A stretch of 64,000 bases of DNA from Neovahlkampfia damariscottae (lineage: Eukaryota). The notes below the pieces were generated by a model. It did not search any database. It worked only from the letters and a program-made list of their open reading frames with translations, and was not told the origin of the DNA. The stretch is taken from assembly GCA_016618085.1 (NCBI GenBank), contig JABLTG010000001.1, positions 62,001-126,000 of the forward strand. Direction: 5' to 3'. Below, piece after piece: positions 1 to 11,319 of this stretch. A program made the position numbers and the translations under genes. Positions within the stretch are counted from its first letter, which is position 1. Every line of letters begins with the position of its first letter.

Positions 1-1876
1 ATGTATTTCCCACTTCCCATTGTTTCATATCTGAAAAATTCTTGTGAAAGAGGAACAGACCTGTTTTTCACTTTATCATGCATGTAAATCAAATGATCAG
101 TTGAAAAAAAGTAATCAAAATAAGGATTACCAACATTGAATGGGTTTGATTCATTTTTAAATTTGTAGAGTTCTTGTTGGCATTTTTTTGCAAACACTTT
201 AGTGAATCCCATTGCTGGGATATCAATTTGAAAATGAAGTTCGAATTCATCAACAAGAGGTTCATCTGGGAAGAGATCTATATTACTCTGTGATGGAATT
301 TTTTGATCATTTGAATCAAATAAACAAATAGATGGATTTGATAAGTATAAAGTCAAATAATCACTTCGGTTCCAAGAAAGTGAATTGTAAAAGACTAATT
401 CAACCATCTCTGAATCTTTGAGTGATTTTAATTCCTCTTTGACATTAAAACTTAATGTTGTTTTGGTTAAAAATTCCAATGAATTCTTTATAATTTTTTT
501 CCCATTTGAAATACCTTGATCTAAAATTGGAAAATAACAATCATCATTAATGCGTTTTTTTGATGTTCCTGTGATTGCATCATGATGTGTTGTGTCAGAT
601 AATGACTTTTCTAAATAATTCAATAATTCAATATTTTCATTATAATTGAAAGAGTCTCTGTCATCTTTCAAAAAAACTGTTGAGAGAAGGAAGTTTGAAT
701 TCCTGAAATATGCTTCAGCGCTTCTTATTCTTCGTTTTAAAACTGGATAAGAAGTATAAAAGCCACTCCAATAATCATTTGGATTATCAGAATAAGGATT
801 AAAATCTGATTGATAAGTTAATTCTTTTGATATTGACAGTTTTGAAAAATATTCAGAAAGTAAACTGAATTTTATATCAATTCCATAATATCTTTTGATT
901 TCTTCAATGACAGGGGCCATTGAATTCAACATATCCATATCTCGTTGTTCAGCGAATGTGAAATCGCATCCAATTGGTAACAAAAAATCATTAGTTGAAT
1001 AACCCTTTGATCTTTCCTAAAATCGTTATTTTGAATTCAAATCGTAGTTTACATTTATAGAATCAATCATTTTATTGACTCGATGCTCAAGATTCTCTTT
1101 TGTTGTTGGACCATATCCCCAATGATCAATATTGAAAAACCTATATTCACAATAATTTTCAGACATGATGTGTGTTAAAAATTCATATTCAGTTCCAACA
1201 TTTTGATTTTGTTTCCACCAAAATTCTAATTGATTTTTTGATATTCTTTCTTGTTTTTCATTATAAGGAATTCTCTGATGAACAGTTGCATTAAAACCTG
1301 TTAATTTATGTATACGATTAACAGCAGAAGAAGCACCAAATGGATCAATTGACCATCCAATTTTTGGATAAAATTCTTCGGTAAACCTTTTTTTGATATA
1401 TTTATGACCTGAAGTTAATGTTGTGATAATTGAAGAATAAGTGTTACAAGCTTCATCTGGCATAGTTCTTCCTATCAAAATTCTTTTTTAAAAAACATCA
1501 TAAAATACCTCCTAAAACAAACTCAATCTGTTTGTTTTTCAATTGTTTTATAAAATTGTCTTTTAATTCATCTGTGATTTTTTTATCTTCGAACCACATT
1601 TGAATGTAAGTTCTTTTTTTTAAGTTTCTTTTTTTAAACTTACATTTCTGAAAATACAAAACGTAGATTTTTATCTTTTTCGTTGTTTTGAATGATGTTG
1701 GTGATTACATAAGTTACATCATATTCGTAATATTCGTCAATGGTTTTAAGCCAACCTACATCCCAGTGAGAATGTGGTAATAAATGAACTGATATATTTT
1801 GATTATCCAATTTTTGATATTCAGAGTGAATCAAACTGAATAAACCAAACAACAATAACAACAACAGTGACTTCAT
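1..1876 (-). CDS. Lysosomal-type alpha-mannosidase (GH38), multi-exon, 3' end runs off window
   Basis: Signal peptide MKSLLLLLLFGLFSLIHS; GH38 motifs PHSHWDVGWLKT, GWSIDPFG, YWSGLYTSYP, HHDAITGT; short GT-AG introns such as 1613-1643. Confidence 0.9.
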
Positions 1877-2012
1877 TGAGTTTTGGAAGGTTGAATGAAA
1901 AATCATTGGATAAAATGAAATAGAAATAACAGGAAAAATTTGAAATGTTTTTTTTATTTGAGTTAAATTAGAATTCATTTTTTTTTTAAATTTTATTTTT
2001 ATAATTTTTTTT

Positions 2013-2678
2013 TTAATTGACAACTTGTGATTCAGTTTTTACTTTTCCTTTAAATACAAAATCTACATAAGTATCAAAGATCTTTCTAACATCTTTAATA
2101 GTTGTAATTCCATCTTTATCAATTCTGTCTGGATCTGGATGTTTGAGTCTTAAAACTAATTGAAGGATGAAAGTACCAACTTCAGCAATAACGGCAAGTA
2201 TCAAAAAAATAAAATGAAAAGCTGCTGCAATAATAGATGCTATAGCTACAAGATAATAATTTGTGTCCGAATTTGCGATAAATAAATAAATAACAAATTG
2301 AAGCGCTGGAAAACCAATAGCAACAGCAGCAGCGAATAAAGGACCTGGTAAAGCTAAACTTAAAGTGATATTTAAAGCAGTATCACCAACCATAGTTGAG
2401 CCTAAAAGGTATAAAACAATTGTAAAGGAAATAGCATAGTAAATAGCGATTACAATTCCATTCACTAAAGAAGATGCAAGATAAGCATCTTTAAAAGCTT
2501 GTTTTGTGGCATCAGTAATTATACCATTAAATTGTGAGTATTCTTTTATCACTTTATCTGAAAAAACAATCATCACAACAGAAGTTGAAACATTTCCTAA
2601 TAAAAGAAATACACGAAAGAAATCAACAATGTATCTAATTACTAATAAAATATACTTGAGTGGGTGAATCTTTGCCAT
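2013..2678 (-). CDS. Hypothetical multi-pass membrane protein (221 aa)
   Basis: Intact ATG-to-stop ORF with about four hydrophobic segments; CCAAT box about 30 nt upstream. Confidence 0.7.
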   Translation of the reverse strand: MAKIHPLKYILLVIRYIVDFFRVFLLLGNVSTSVVMIVFSDKVIKEYSQFNGIITDATKQAFKDAYLASSLVNGIVIAIYYAISFTIVLYLLGSTMVGDTALNITLSLALPGPLFAAAVAIGFPALQFVIYLFIANSDTNYYLVAIASIIAAAFHFIFLILAVIAEVGTFILQLVLRLKHPDPDRIDKDGITTIKDVRKIFDTYVDFVFKGKVKTESQVVN

Positions 2679-2799
2679 TGTTGATGTTTATTTTGACACT
2701 TGATTTCTATTGGTTGAAAAAAAACACCAATAATTTTCAACGTTAAAATTTTTTTTATTTTTTATTCATTTTTAGGTTATTTATTCTTTTTAAAATTGC

Positions 2800-4251
2800 T
2801 TCATTTTTTTTTCCGTCAGTTTTCTTTTTGGTTGTTTCTCCAAACTTGACTGTCCAAGTTCCTCCATCTTTAGCATAGAAATCCATTGGATAAATCTCTT
2901 TCCATTGAGTTTCTTTTAAAGATACTTCAATTTCATATGGTGTTAATAATGGCTTTGTGAAGGCGTAACCCCAATCAATGGATAATCTAGGACATGCAAT
3001 TTGAATCCAACTTTTAACATGTTAAATTTTTTTTTTTCTTTTTTACCAATCTATATCTTTGAATAAATCTAATTTCTTTGGAAAAATTTCTGATAGTAAT
3101 ATAATTACATAATCTTTTTTGTTTTTTTTTAATAAATCTTCAACTTGCTGTTTGAAGAAAATTAGAATTAATTTTTGTTATACTTTGAGAATTCTGACAC
3201 TTCCTTGTCTTCCTAAAGTTCCTAAAATGATACCATATTTCTTTGAATTATTGGATTTCAAAATTTCAGCTCTTATAAAAAAAAAATTAAAAGTTGTTCA
3301 ATTTACTTTCTGATTTTATGCATTTCTTCATGTTCATATTTTTCTTCTGTTAGTTTTTTACTGTAAGGATCATACTTTAAAAATTTAAAAAAAAAAAAAA
3401 TTCACTTTGTAAAATTTCAAGTGTGGATTTTGAATCATTGCTGATTCTAAATGAAATCTACCATCACCTAAATATCTAAAATATTAGTATCAATAAATTA
3501 AATCAAACATCAAAATATCCGTATCTTCAATAGCTGGTGAAGTACAACCTAAAATTTCACCAGGTGATAACGGTTTTGCTTGTGGTATAAAAACTTTTTT
3601 GAAGTATTCATCAAAATCTAATTTAGAGGCCTAAAATTCAATTAACAAAAAAAAAAATCAAACTCTGAGTGAAGATGAAAATTGAATGGTTGAAACTAGT
3701 GCTACTCTGTTTTCCTTTGAAAAATTAGCTTTTATAGAATCAATGAAATGCTTCAAGTCAATCGCAATTTCAACAAAAATGTATAAAACGTTCATTGTAC
3801 ATTGATCTACTGGGATTAAACATGAATGACCATAATGAACAAGAAAATCAGCACCTGCTGCTTTAGCAGAATAATCATCAATACAACAAGCTCCATAAGT
3901 TACGTCACCCATGATAATAGTCTCTACATCACAAAATCTACAAAAAATATAAAAAAAAAAAAAACCAAACTTTTCTAGAATATCAGCGATTGTACAACCA
4001 AACATTAATAAACCTTCTGGCATTTGAAGAGCAACTACTTTTGCTTTTGCTAATTGTACTCTCCAAATGGTTTTGTGAATTTCAAAATTGTAATTTGGAC
4101 TTAATCTCTGTATTATATCATTCAATTCTTTGTTTTCTGTGATTGATTCAGGTATTTTTTGAACTTGAGTTTTTGTGAATTTTTTTTTTGTTTCTTTTTC
4201 TTCTTGTGGCTTTGTTGTAACTAAACTGTTGTTGATTTCGGAGTCGTTCAT
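2800..4251 (-). CDS. DPH1: Diphthamide biosynthesis protein 1, multi-exon (3' end approximate)
   Basis: [74 protein letters not shown] distributed over exons. Confidence 0.92.
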
Positions 4252-4454
4252 TTTTTGTTGAAGAAATTTGTTAATTTGGTTGAACCAATCAAAAGGTTTT
4301 TTAACTTGTCAAAAAAAAAAAAAAAAGTGAGGTTGGGAATGATAAAAAATTTTCATAAAATTTGACATTTCCAAATACAGTTACAGGATGATAAAATTGA
4401 GGATGAATCAACTTCCTTATAAGTGGAATCAAATGGAAACAATTCTCCAAATTT

Positions 4455-5076
4455 ATGATGAACCGTCAAAATCTTGTGCTTATTGGTGAACAATATTCTG
4501 GAAAAACATCTCTTTTCACTAGATTCTTTGAACCTGAATTTTCAGATGAAGTTGCACCTACAGATCGTATTCAAATGAAACATAAACTATTTACAGATGG
4601 AGGAAAATCTTTTGAAATCCATGTTTGTGATACATTTGGTGAGGAAAAACTACTCAAATCGCAAACATTTCTTCAAAATTATACTAGCAGAAGCTCATGC
4701 GATAATTATTGTTGTAGATTTAAGTTCCATAAGTAATTTTAAAAACCTGAACAAATGGGTTGAAAAAGCTAAAAATATTAACAAAAATGCATTGATTTTC
4801 GTTGTTGGAACAAAATCTGACAAAGTAGAAAGTTCTTTTGTTAAAATAGTTAAAAATTTTTGCAAAATTTCAAACTTGGGATTCTTCGAAACTAGTTCAT
4901 TCAATTTTAAAAGCGTTGAAAAAATGTTTCTTGGAGTATTCAAAAGAATGACGAGGAAAACTATTCTAAAAGCTCGAGAAAGGCAACCATCTGTGAGCAG
5001 ACAAATCAAGAGAACCGCTCTAGATGTTATACTCCCATTATTTTGTAAAATTTTAGGGATTATTAGCAATAAATAG
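4455..5076 (+). CDS. Divergent Rab-like small GTPase with one frameshift near 4645 (homopolymer error or pseudogene)
   Basis: G1 [10 protein letters not shown]3 DTFGE, G4 GTKSD, G5 ETSS; removing one A from GAGGAAAAAC joins the two ORFs. Confidence 0.75.
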
Positions 5077-5119
5077 AACAATAAACTTTTTTTCTTCTAT
5101 TTTCACTCTTGGCCAAATT

Positions 5120-5346
5120 AAAGCTGAAACTTCAGGAGATGTTGAAAAAACTTATGAACTTCCTGATGGAAATATCATCACTATCGGAAACGAAAGATTT
5201 TGATGGTAAGAAGTTCTCTTCCATGTAAAATTATATGTCACAGACACTTCTTCATTCCCCGGTACACCTAACTTTATTGGTTTAGAATGTACTGGTGACC
5301 ACGAAACTGGATTCAATTCAATCCAAAAATGTGATATTGATATCAG
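5120..5346 (+). pseudogene. Actin gene fragment (pseudogene)
   Basis: Translates [33 protein letters not shown], then a ~42-nt insert, then PNFIGLECTGDHETGFNSIQKCDIDI; matches actin YELPDG..IGNERF..KCDVDIR; two in-frame stops. Confidence 0.88.
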
Positions 5347-5420
5347 TCAAGAAGTCAAAGCCAGAGTAAAAATACCAAAAGAGTTCAAAATCAAAGTGAT
5401 ATGACTAAAAATACCAAAAA

Positions 5421-5538
5421 GCTTACAACACTCCCGGTTCCCAGGTGGTCTCCCACCCTAGTACTAGGAGAGCCTGTAGGAGCTTAACTTCGCAAATCGG
5501 ACGGGATGCGGTGTATTCTCCTAAGTATGGCCGTAAGC
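5421..5538 (-). rRNA. 5S rRNA, dispersed copy 1
   Basis: 118 nt GCTTACGGCCATAC...CATCCCGTCCGAT..GAAGTTAAGC...TAGTACTAGGGTGGGAGACCACCTGGGAA...GTTGTAAGC, followed by a T-run Pol III terminator. Confidence 0.97.
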
Positions 5539-5635
5539 GACATTAATAATCAATAACACAAACTAATCCAGAAACAAAAAACAATCACAAAGTTTTTCTG
5601 TAGTTTTTGGTGTGATCATTGATATCAACAGATCC

Positions 5636-7069
5636 TCATCGAAAATGAAATTTTAAATCGCATTCAATTGTTGAATTCTCAAATAACCTTATAGCATTAT
5701 CCTTTGACTGATTCAGGATTGTGTTGAATCCATTTGTGACCAATAGTTGAGATTGGTCTCTTTTGTTCATTGCTATGATCATTTTGACATTATACTTCCA
5801 ATTTTCTGATCTTCCAATGATGCTAATAAAATTTGAATCAAAATTAATAACTGCTCTTTCATTGACGAAATTAAACTCTTCTTCATCACAATGCGGAGCA
5901 TTTCGCAGATGATCAAACATTTTTTTATAAGATTTCAGTTTTTTTTGTTCAACACACTCAAATATCCCAGTTCTTTTATTCCTGAAAAATGCCCAATGCT
6001 TCAATAAAAAAGTTCCATATAGGAGATTCATCTGGAATTTTCCATTTTTCAATTTCATGATTTCTAAACCCATTTTTTTGTGGAAAACAATCATAATTTT
6101 GAGAACACGATTCTCAATAACTTTTAAATTTCTGTCAAAAGTCAAATCAAAATCTATATACATTGGATAGTTGCCATACAAGGGATAATTTTTTTTTCCA
6201 ATTAAATGTTCCAATGTCGATTTCAGTTTATCTAATAGTTTTTGATTAATGAATTGAGAGTGACAAAGAATCATATTTTCATGTCTTGATATGATTTTAT
6301 TGTCCTTTTCCAAAAATGTAATCATTGACATTGTATTACCATCGAAATGAGAGCTTATAAGAGAATTCCATTTCATCAAAATGTGAACATTATTCAAGCA
6401 AATAATCAACTCCATCAGTTGGTATTTTTGATTCTTGAATTGAATAGAGTTTGATTGTTCTTTGAATTCAATTTTTGAAATTTTGCAAGAAGAACTTTTC
6501 AATGTGATGGTAAACTGAATTTCAATATCACTTTCAAATTCTATTTCTTCAATTAAAATAGATTTTTTATCACAGAAATTCATCAATTCATGTTTGCTAT
6601 TGAAAATAATCCAATCAGATAAGAGTTCCAATTTTTTGGTGTTTGTTTCTTGATTCAAAAAGCTTTTGCATTCCACAGTGACCATTTTATGTTCTGTATC
6701 AAAAATCAACCAAATTTCAGATGAACATTCGAACCATATCCGAATTTTTTTCAATTCAATTTTGAAATCTTTGCAGCCAATGCTGACAGTTTCCACAAGA
6801 TTCAAATCCAAATAATTATCATTTCTTAACTCTTTAAAATCTATATATATGAACTCTATGAACATTTTTGAACTGTCCAAAGTGATAAAAGGGTTTGCTA
6901 AATCACAATGACAAAAAAAGTTAGAAACAGTTAGATTTGAAAAGTAACACGATTCAATATTATCTTCTTTATATTGAGGTTCTGATTTCAATACATTTTG
7001 TGGAGTCTTTTTTTTTTCTTCCCACAAAAGTTCTTGCAAAAGTTGTTGAAAAAAATTGTTTGAAAACAT
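5636..7069 (-). CDS. Hypothetical protein (477 aa) ending in CDLKFHFR
   Basis: Long intact ORF; no recognisable domain. Confidence 0.65.
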   Translation of the reverse strand: MFSNNFFQQLLQELLWEEKKKTPQNVLKSEPQYKEDNIESCYFSNLTVSNFFCHCDLANPFITLDSSKMFIEFIYIDFKELRNDNYLDLNLVETVSIGCKDFKIELKKIRIWFECSSEIWLIFDTEHKMVTVECKSFLNQETNTKKLELLSDWIIFNSKHELMNFCDKKSILIEEIEFESDIEIQFTITLKSSSCKISKIEFKEQSNSIQFKNQKYQLMELIICLNNVHILMKWNSLISSHFDGNTMSMITFLEKDNKIISRHENMILCHSQFINQKLLDKLKSTLEHLIGKKNYPLYGNYPMYIDFDLTFDRNLKVIENRVLKIMIVFHKKMGLEIMKLKNGKFQMNLLYGTFLLKHWAFFRNKRTGIFECVEQKKLKSYKKMFDHLRNAPHCDEEEFNFVNERAVINFDSNFISIIGRSENWKYNVKMIIAMNKRDQSQLLVTNGFNTILNQSKDNAIRLFENSTIECDLKFHFR

Positions 7070-7207
7070 GTTGTGATTGGATGGAAAAATGAATGCTCAA
7101 AAAGAAAAAAATGTAATCATTTTTAAAGAAAGGAAGATTGAATAAATGAGAACAATTTATATTCAACTGATTGGCCAATTTCAATCCAACAATTCTGAAA
7201 TTGAAAA

Positions 7208-8161
7208 ATGGATGAAGTGAAATCAAAAGAATTGAAATCAATATTCTCATTGGTACTGAATGAAACAATAGATAATATAACTGAATTCAAATTTGAAAAA
7301 TTATCAGGTGGCTTTTTGAGTCAAATTCAAAGAGTTAACATTAAAATTAAAAACTCCGAAACTAAAAATTTGATACTTAAATACGCTCCTGAAGACTATA
7401 AAGAATTCAAGTTTTTTCAAAGAGAATTATTGTTTTACAAAGAAATTCAAAATCAATTGAACAACTTTTCTTCACCAACTTTTTTTTATGCAAAGTTTAA
7501 TGAAAACTTAGAAGATGGATTCATCATAATAGAAGACTTAGGAAAGGATATTAAGTCAAAAAACATTAATGATGGTTTAGAAATGGATGAAACCAAACAG
7601 ATTTTAAAAGAAGTAGTTAAACTCCATAATGAATTTTTAACAAAAGAAAATGTGATTGAAACTTATTTTAAAAAGTATGAGATGTCAACTGAAGCCATAA
7701 ATGAAATGAATATCAATTTACTCTTGAATTTGATGAACGAAAATTTGGAAAAATTTGAACTTAAAGATTCAATAATTGAACAGTTAAAAAAAATTGATGA
7801 AAAATACTTGAGAGAAATTCAACTTTTAAAACCTCAAGGAATATGTCACGGTGACTTATGGATGAACAATGTTTTATTTTCTGAAGACATTTTTATTATT
7901 GATTTTATGATTTGTTTTGAGAATATTTTATTGGACATTGGAAGTTTAATTTTTTCATCAATGAAGGATTTAAATGATGAAAAAATAAACGAATTGTTAC
8001 ATTATTATCATGAATTGCTTGAATATGAAAACTTTTCTTTTGACAATTTAAAAGATAATTTTGAAAAATGCAAACCTTATTTTGCTTGCTATCTTATTGC
8101 AAATTTAGAAGCTTTTGGCAAAGAAAGAATACAACAAAATATCAATTATTTATTAAAATAA
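7208..8161 (+). CDS. Choline/ecdysteroid kinase-like (APH-fold) phosphotransferase
   Basis: GGFLS loop, LILK, RELLFY, IIEDL, Brenner motif HGDLWMNN, IIDF. Confidence 0.85.
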   Translation: MDEVKSKELKSIFSLVLNETIDNITEFKFEKLSGGFLSQIQRVNIKIKNSETKNLILKYAPEDYKEFKFFQRELLFYKEIQNQLNNFSSPTFFYAKFNENLEDGFIIIEDLGKDIKSKNINDGLEMDETKQILKEVVKLHNEFLTKENVIETYFKKYEMSTEAINEMNINLLLNLMNENLEKFELKDSIIEQLKKIDEKYLREIQLLKPQGICHGDLWMNNVLFSEDIFIIDFMICFENILLDIGSLIFSSMKDLNDEKINELLHYYHELLEYENFSFDNLKDNFEKCKPYFACYLIANLEAFGKERIQQNINYLLK

Positions 8162-8221
8162 ACTTTAAAAACTCAAAACCATGTTTATTTTTTTTATCCA
8201 ATCAAATTCAACTGTCGTCAA

Positions 8222-10495
8222 ATGAAAGCAAAGGAAGACGAAACCAAAAACGTTTCAACTCCACAAAAACTCCATGTGTCCATGTATAACTTAACAAAAA
8301 TTATTGGATGGAGTTATATCATGACCTTGTTTTTATATAATTTTTTGAGCTCTGGTGTGTTCAAAACATTTGAAACTATTTTCTTCAACAACAAAAAAGA
8401 AATTATAACTATACAACTCATCAGTTTATTGGATTTCAGTAATTTATTAAAACCTCCAAAAAACAGTTTGAAAAAAAAAAATTATTAAAACATTCACATC
8501 AAAGAGAGGTAAAAAAAATGAATTAGTTGATTTTTTGAAAAGTATTTTTTATTGTAAAATAGTTGGTAGACTGTTATTTCTTCCTGTTTTTTTATTGATT
8601 TCAGAAATTCATCAATATCATTTGGTTGGTTTTATGATTTTTTCATGGTGCATTTCTGGCCTCATGAAAACTTCTTATTTACCAAATTATTCAAAATATG
8701 CTGATTATTTTTATGTTTTAGAAATGTTCACAGAAGTTAAAGTTTTTATTTTCATGGTTCCATTTATTCATCAAAGACAAATTTTTTTTACAAGTTTGAA
8801 TAGTTTCTTACCAAGTGGATTTCATGTCTCACCAGAAAATGATTTTGTTCTTTTCAACTTTTTATATTTGGAAATTGTTTTGATTTGTTGTCAAATCTTT
8901 GACTTTTGGATTTATTTCAGTGAACAAAAATTAGAACCTGTCAAAAATGAACCAATAAAATCAAACGATTCTTTATTAAAGGAATTACAAAGAAAATTAG
9001 AAGAATCAGAAACAAAGATCAAAACTGTTACTCAAGATTTCAAATCAAATGAATCAAAACTCATTGAAGTCGTTGAAAATTTAACTCTAAAATGTTCAAT
9101 TTATGAATCATTCATTTGTGAAGTACGACCAGAAACTTCAATTCAAGAATTACGTGAAAAGGTTAGAGAAGCTGAAAAATCAAGATTAAATCCTGAAAAC
9201 AAAGGAACTCCAAATTTAGAAGAGTTTTTAATTTCATCATCAAGACCAAATACATTTCGTTCAAAAACACATTCACTCATTGAACAAAACTCCGATGAAA
9301 AATTAGAAATATTGACACCAAAAAATAGAAGTAAATCCGCATTTGATCCAGATTTCACTGAAGGAATGAAAATTGTTGGACAAAATCTGACAAAAAAAAA
9401 AGTAGTTGAAGTTCAAGTGATCGAAGGAGATGATTCAGATGATGATGATACTGAAAGAGATTTCAATGAAAATGATATGAATCAAATGTTATCTGAATCT
9501 GTTGGAGAAAAAAAAAACAAAGAAGTTGCCTTCAGCGAAAAAATTCTAAATAGTTTGACTGTTGGAATTAAAGTTGCAGTAAGAAATGATGAAACTAAAT
9601 AACATTTTTTTAGATGAAAACACCAAAACAAAAAGATTTTTTAATCAAACAACCAGGCAAACAAAATTTTCAATTTGCATCTTTTGGGAATGATTCATTT
9701 AGTAAACTTCGAAATGCTGCTGGAATTGATGATGACCAATTCATAAAATCTATTTGTGACAGCAATATGAAAGTTATTATAACACCTGGTAAATCTGGTG
9801 CTCTTCTATTTTTCACTGCAGACAAGAAATTCGTTTTGAAAACAGTTTCAGTCACAGAACGCAAATTTCTTGAAAAGATTTTAAAAAGTTATGAAAAACA
9901 TGTTGTATCAAGACCAAGCACTACCATTGTTAGATTACTTGCTCTTTATAAAATCACTATCAACAAAGCATCGATTCAATTGGTTGTAATGGAAAATGTA
10001 TTTCCAGTAAAACCAAAAACAGTTTATGACTTAAAAGGATCATCAATTGGCAGAAATGCAACACTTGAAGAAAAAGAATCAGGAGGAATTTTAAAAGATA
10101 ATGATTTATTACAATCAGATACTCGTATTAGAATTTCAAGTGAATTCAAAAAACAGTTCATGGAAAATTTAACGGAAGACTGTGAGTTTTTGTCAAAACA
10201 TGAAATTATGGATTATTCAATGTTATTGGGTGTTCAACCTTATGAAGAAACAGAAGACAATTCAATGATTGGTACAAAAACCAAGTTTACTCATTTGATA
10301 AGTCAAGATGGAAAACAACAATATCATTTAGGTATTATTGACATCTTACAAAAATGGAATTTGAAGAAAAAAGCCGAAGTAAAATACAAAGTGAACTTGT
10401 TGCAAAATGATAAAAAAAAATTATCTGCAATGCCACCAAAAGAGTACGCAAATAGATTTTTAAGCTTTATGGTTGGAACTTTTGGAAGTAAATAA
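8222..10495 (+). CDS. Predicted fusion: PTPLA/HACD-like membrane domain, coiled coil, phosphatidylinositol-phosphate 5-kinase domain
   Basis: PIP5K motifs GKSGALLFFT, FVLKT, VMENVF, YDLKGS, LKDND, IMDYSMLLG, GIIDILQ in 9614-10495; phase-0 intron 9579-9613 joins it in frame to the upstream hydrophobic/coiled-coil ORF; first intron boundaries near 8440-8510 are uncertain. Confidence 0.75.
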
Positions 10496-10737
10496 AAATA
10501 TATCTCTTAAATTAATGATTTACATCATATGTTATTGGTCCAATCATATTTCTTTTTGACAATTAAGAGGAAGTTATTTTCTTGCTGTTCATAAATCTGC
10601 TATCAATAAGTTGTATCAACACTTAAATAATATGACCACATGAAACAAATTTCAACAGTGGTTTTGACAGTGGTGGAAATGAATACTAAAAAAAGAAGCA
10701 TAAATCCAATTTCTTTATTTTATCATTTTCTTCAATT

Positions 10738-11130
10738 TTAAGGATGCAATAAGAAATCCATTGATTTTCCACCAATTTTGATGACTTTATATTTAACATT
10801 TGGTAATTCTTTAAATGATTTTCCGTTTCTTCCGGCTCCTTCAAGAGTTACATTATCATTCACTGTGATAAAAGTTAATCCTCCATCATTTGGCACACGA
10901 GCAAGAATTTCTTGACCTGTTTTATAAACACGCACTCTTACACATTTTTTTACTGATACATTTGGATTTATTCGTATTCCACTTTTATTTTAGTTTTAAG
11001 TTTTAAGTACTTACACTAGTTCTGTTACAATTCCAGTGATGTGAGAACTTCCAGAGGATAATGTTATTTTCTTATTTTTTCCTATTTTTTTTGTTAAAGT
11101 TGATGTTGTGTTACCTGTTTTTTGTGTCAT
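10738..11130 (-). CDS. Divergent, truncated ribosomal protein uS12 (RPS23)-like paralog, 3 exons
   Basis: Spliced product MTQKTGKNKKITLSSGSSHITGIVTELVGIRINPNVSVKKCVRVRVYKTGQEILARVPNDGGLTFI...ELPNVKYKVIKI aligns by eye with RPS23 ASHAKGIVLEK..KCVRV..VPNDG..DIPGVRFKVVKV. Confidence 0.8.
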
Positions 11131-11319
11131 GAAGAAGGTTGTTTTGACCAATCATTCTTTTTTTACAGACCATAATGGAATTATTTTCAACTTCCATTTG
11201 CACATGAATAACCAATAGAAAAATCGCATTTGAAAAAGTTTCCAATGTTAATTTCAGTTTTTTTGATGATTTGAAGATTCTAGTGGCATTGTCCAATCAA
11301 CAACACAAAAAATTTAATC

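Noticed and set aside
4640..4650. Programmed frameshift in the Rab-like gene
   Set aside because: A single extra A in a homopolymer; sequencing error or pseudogenisation is simpler.
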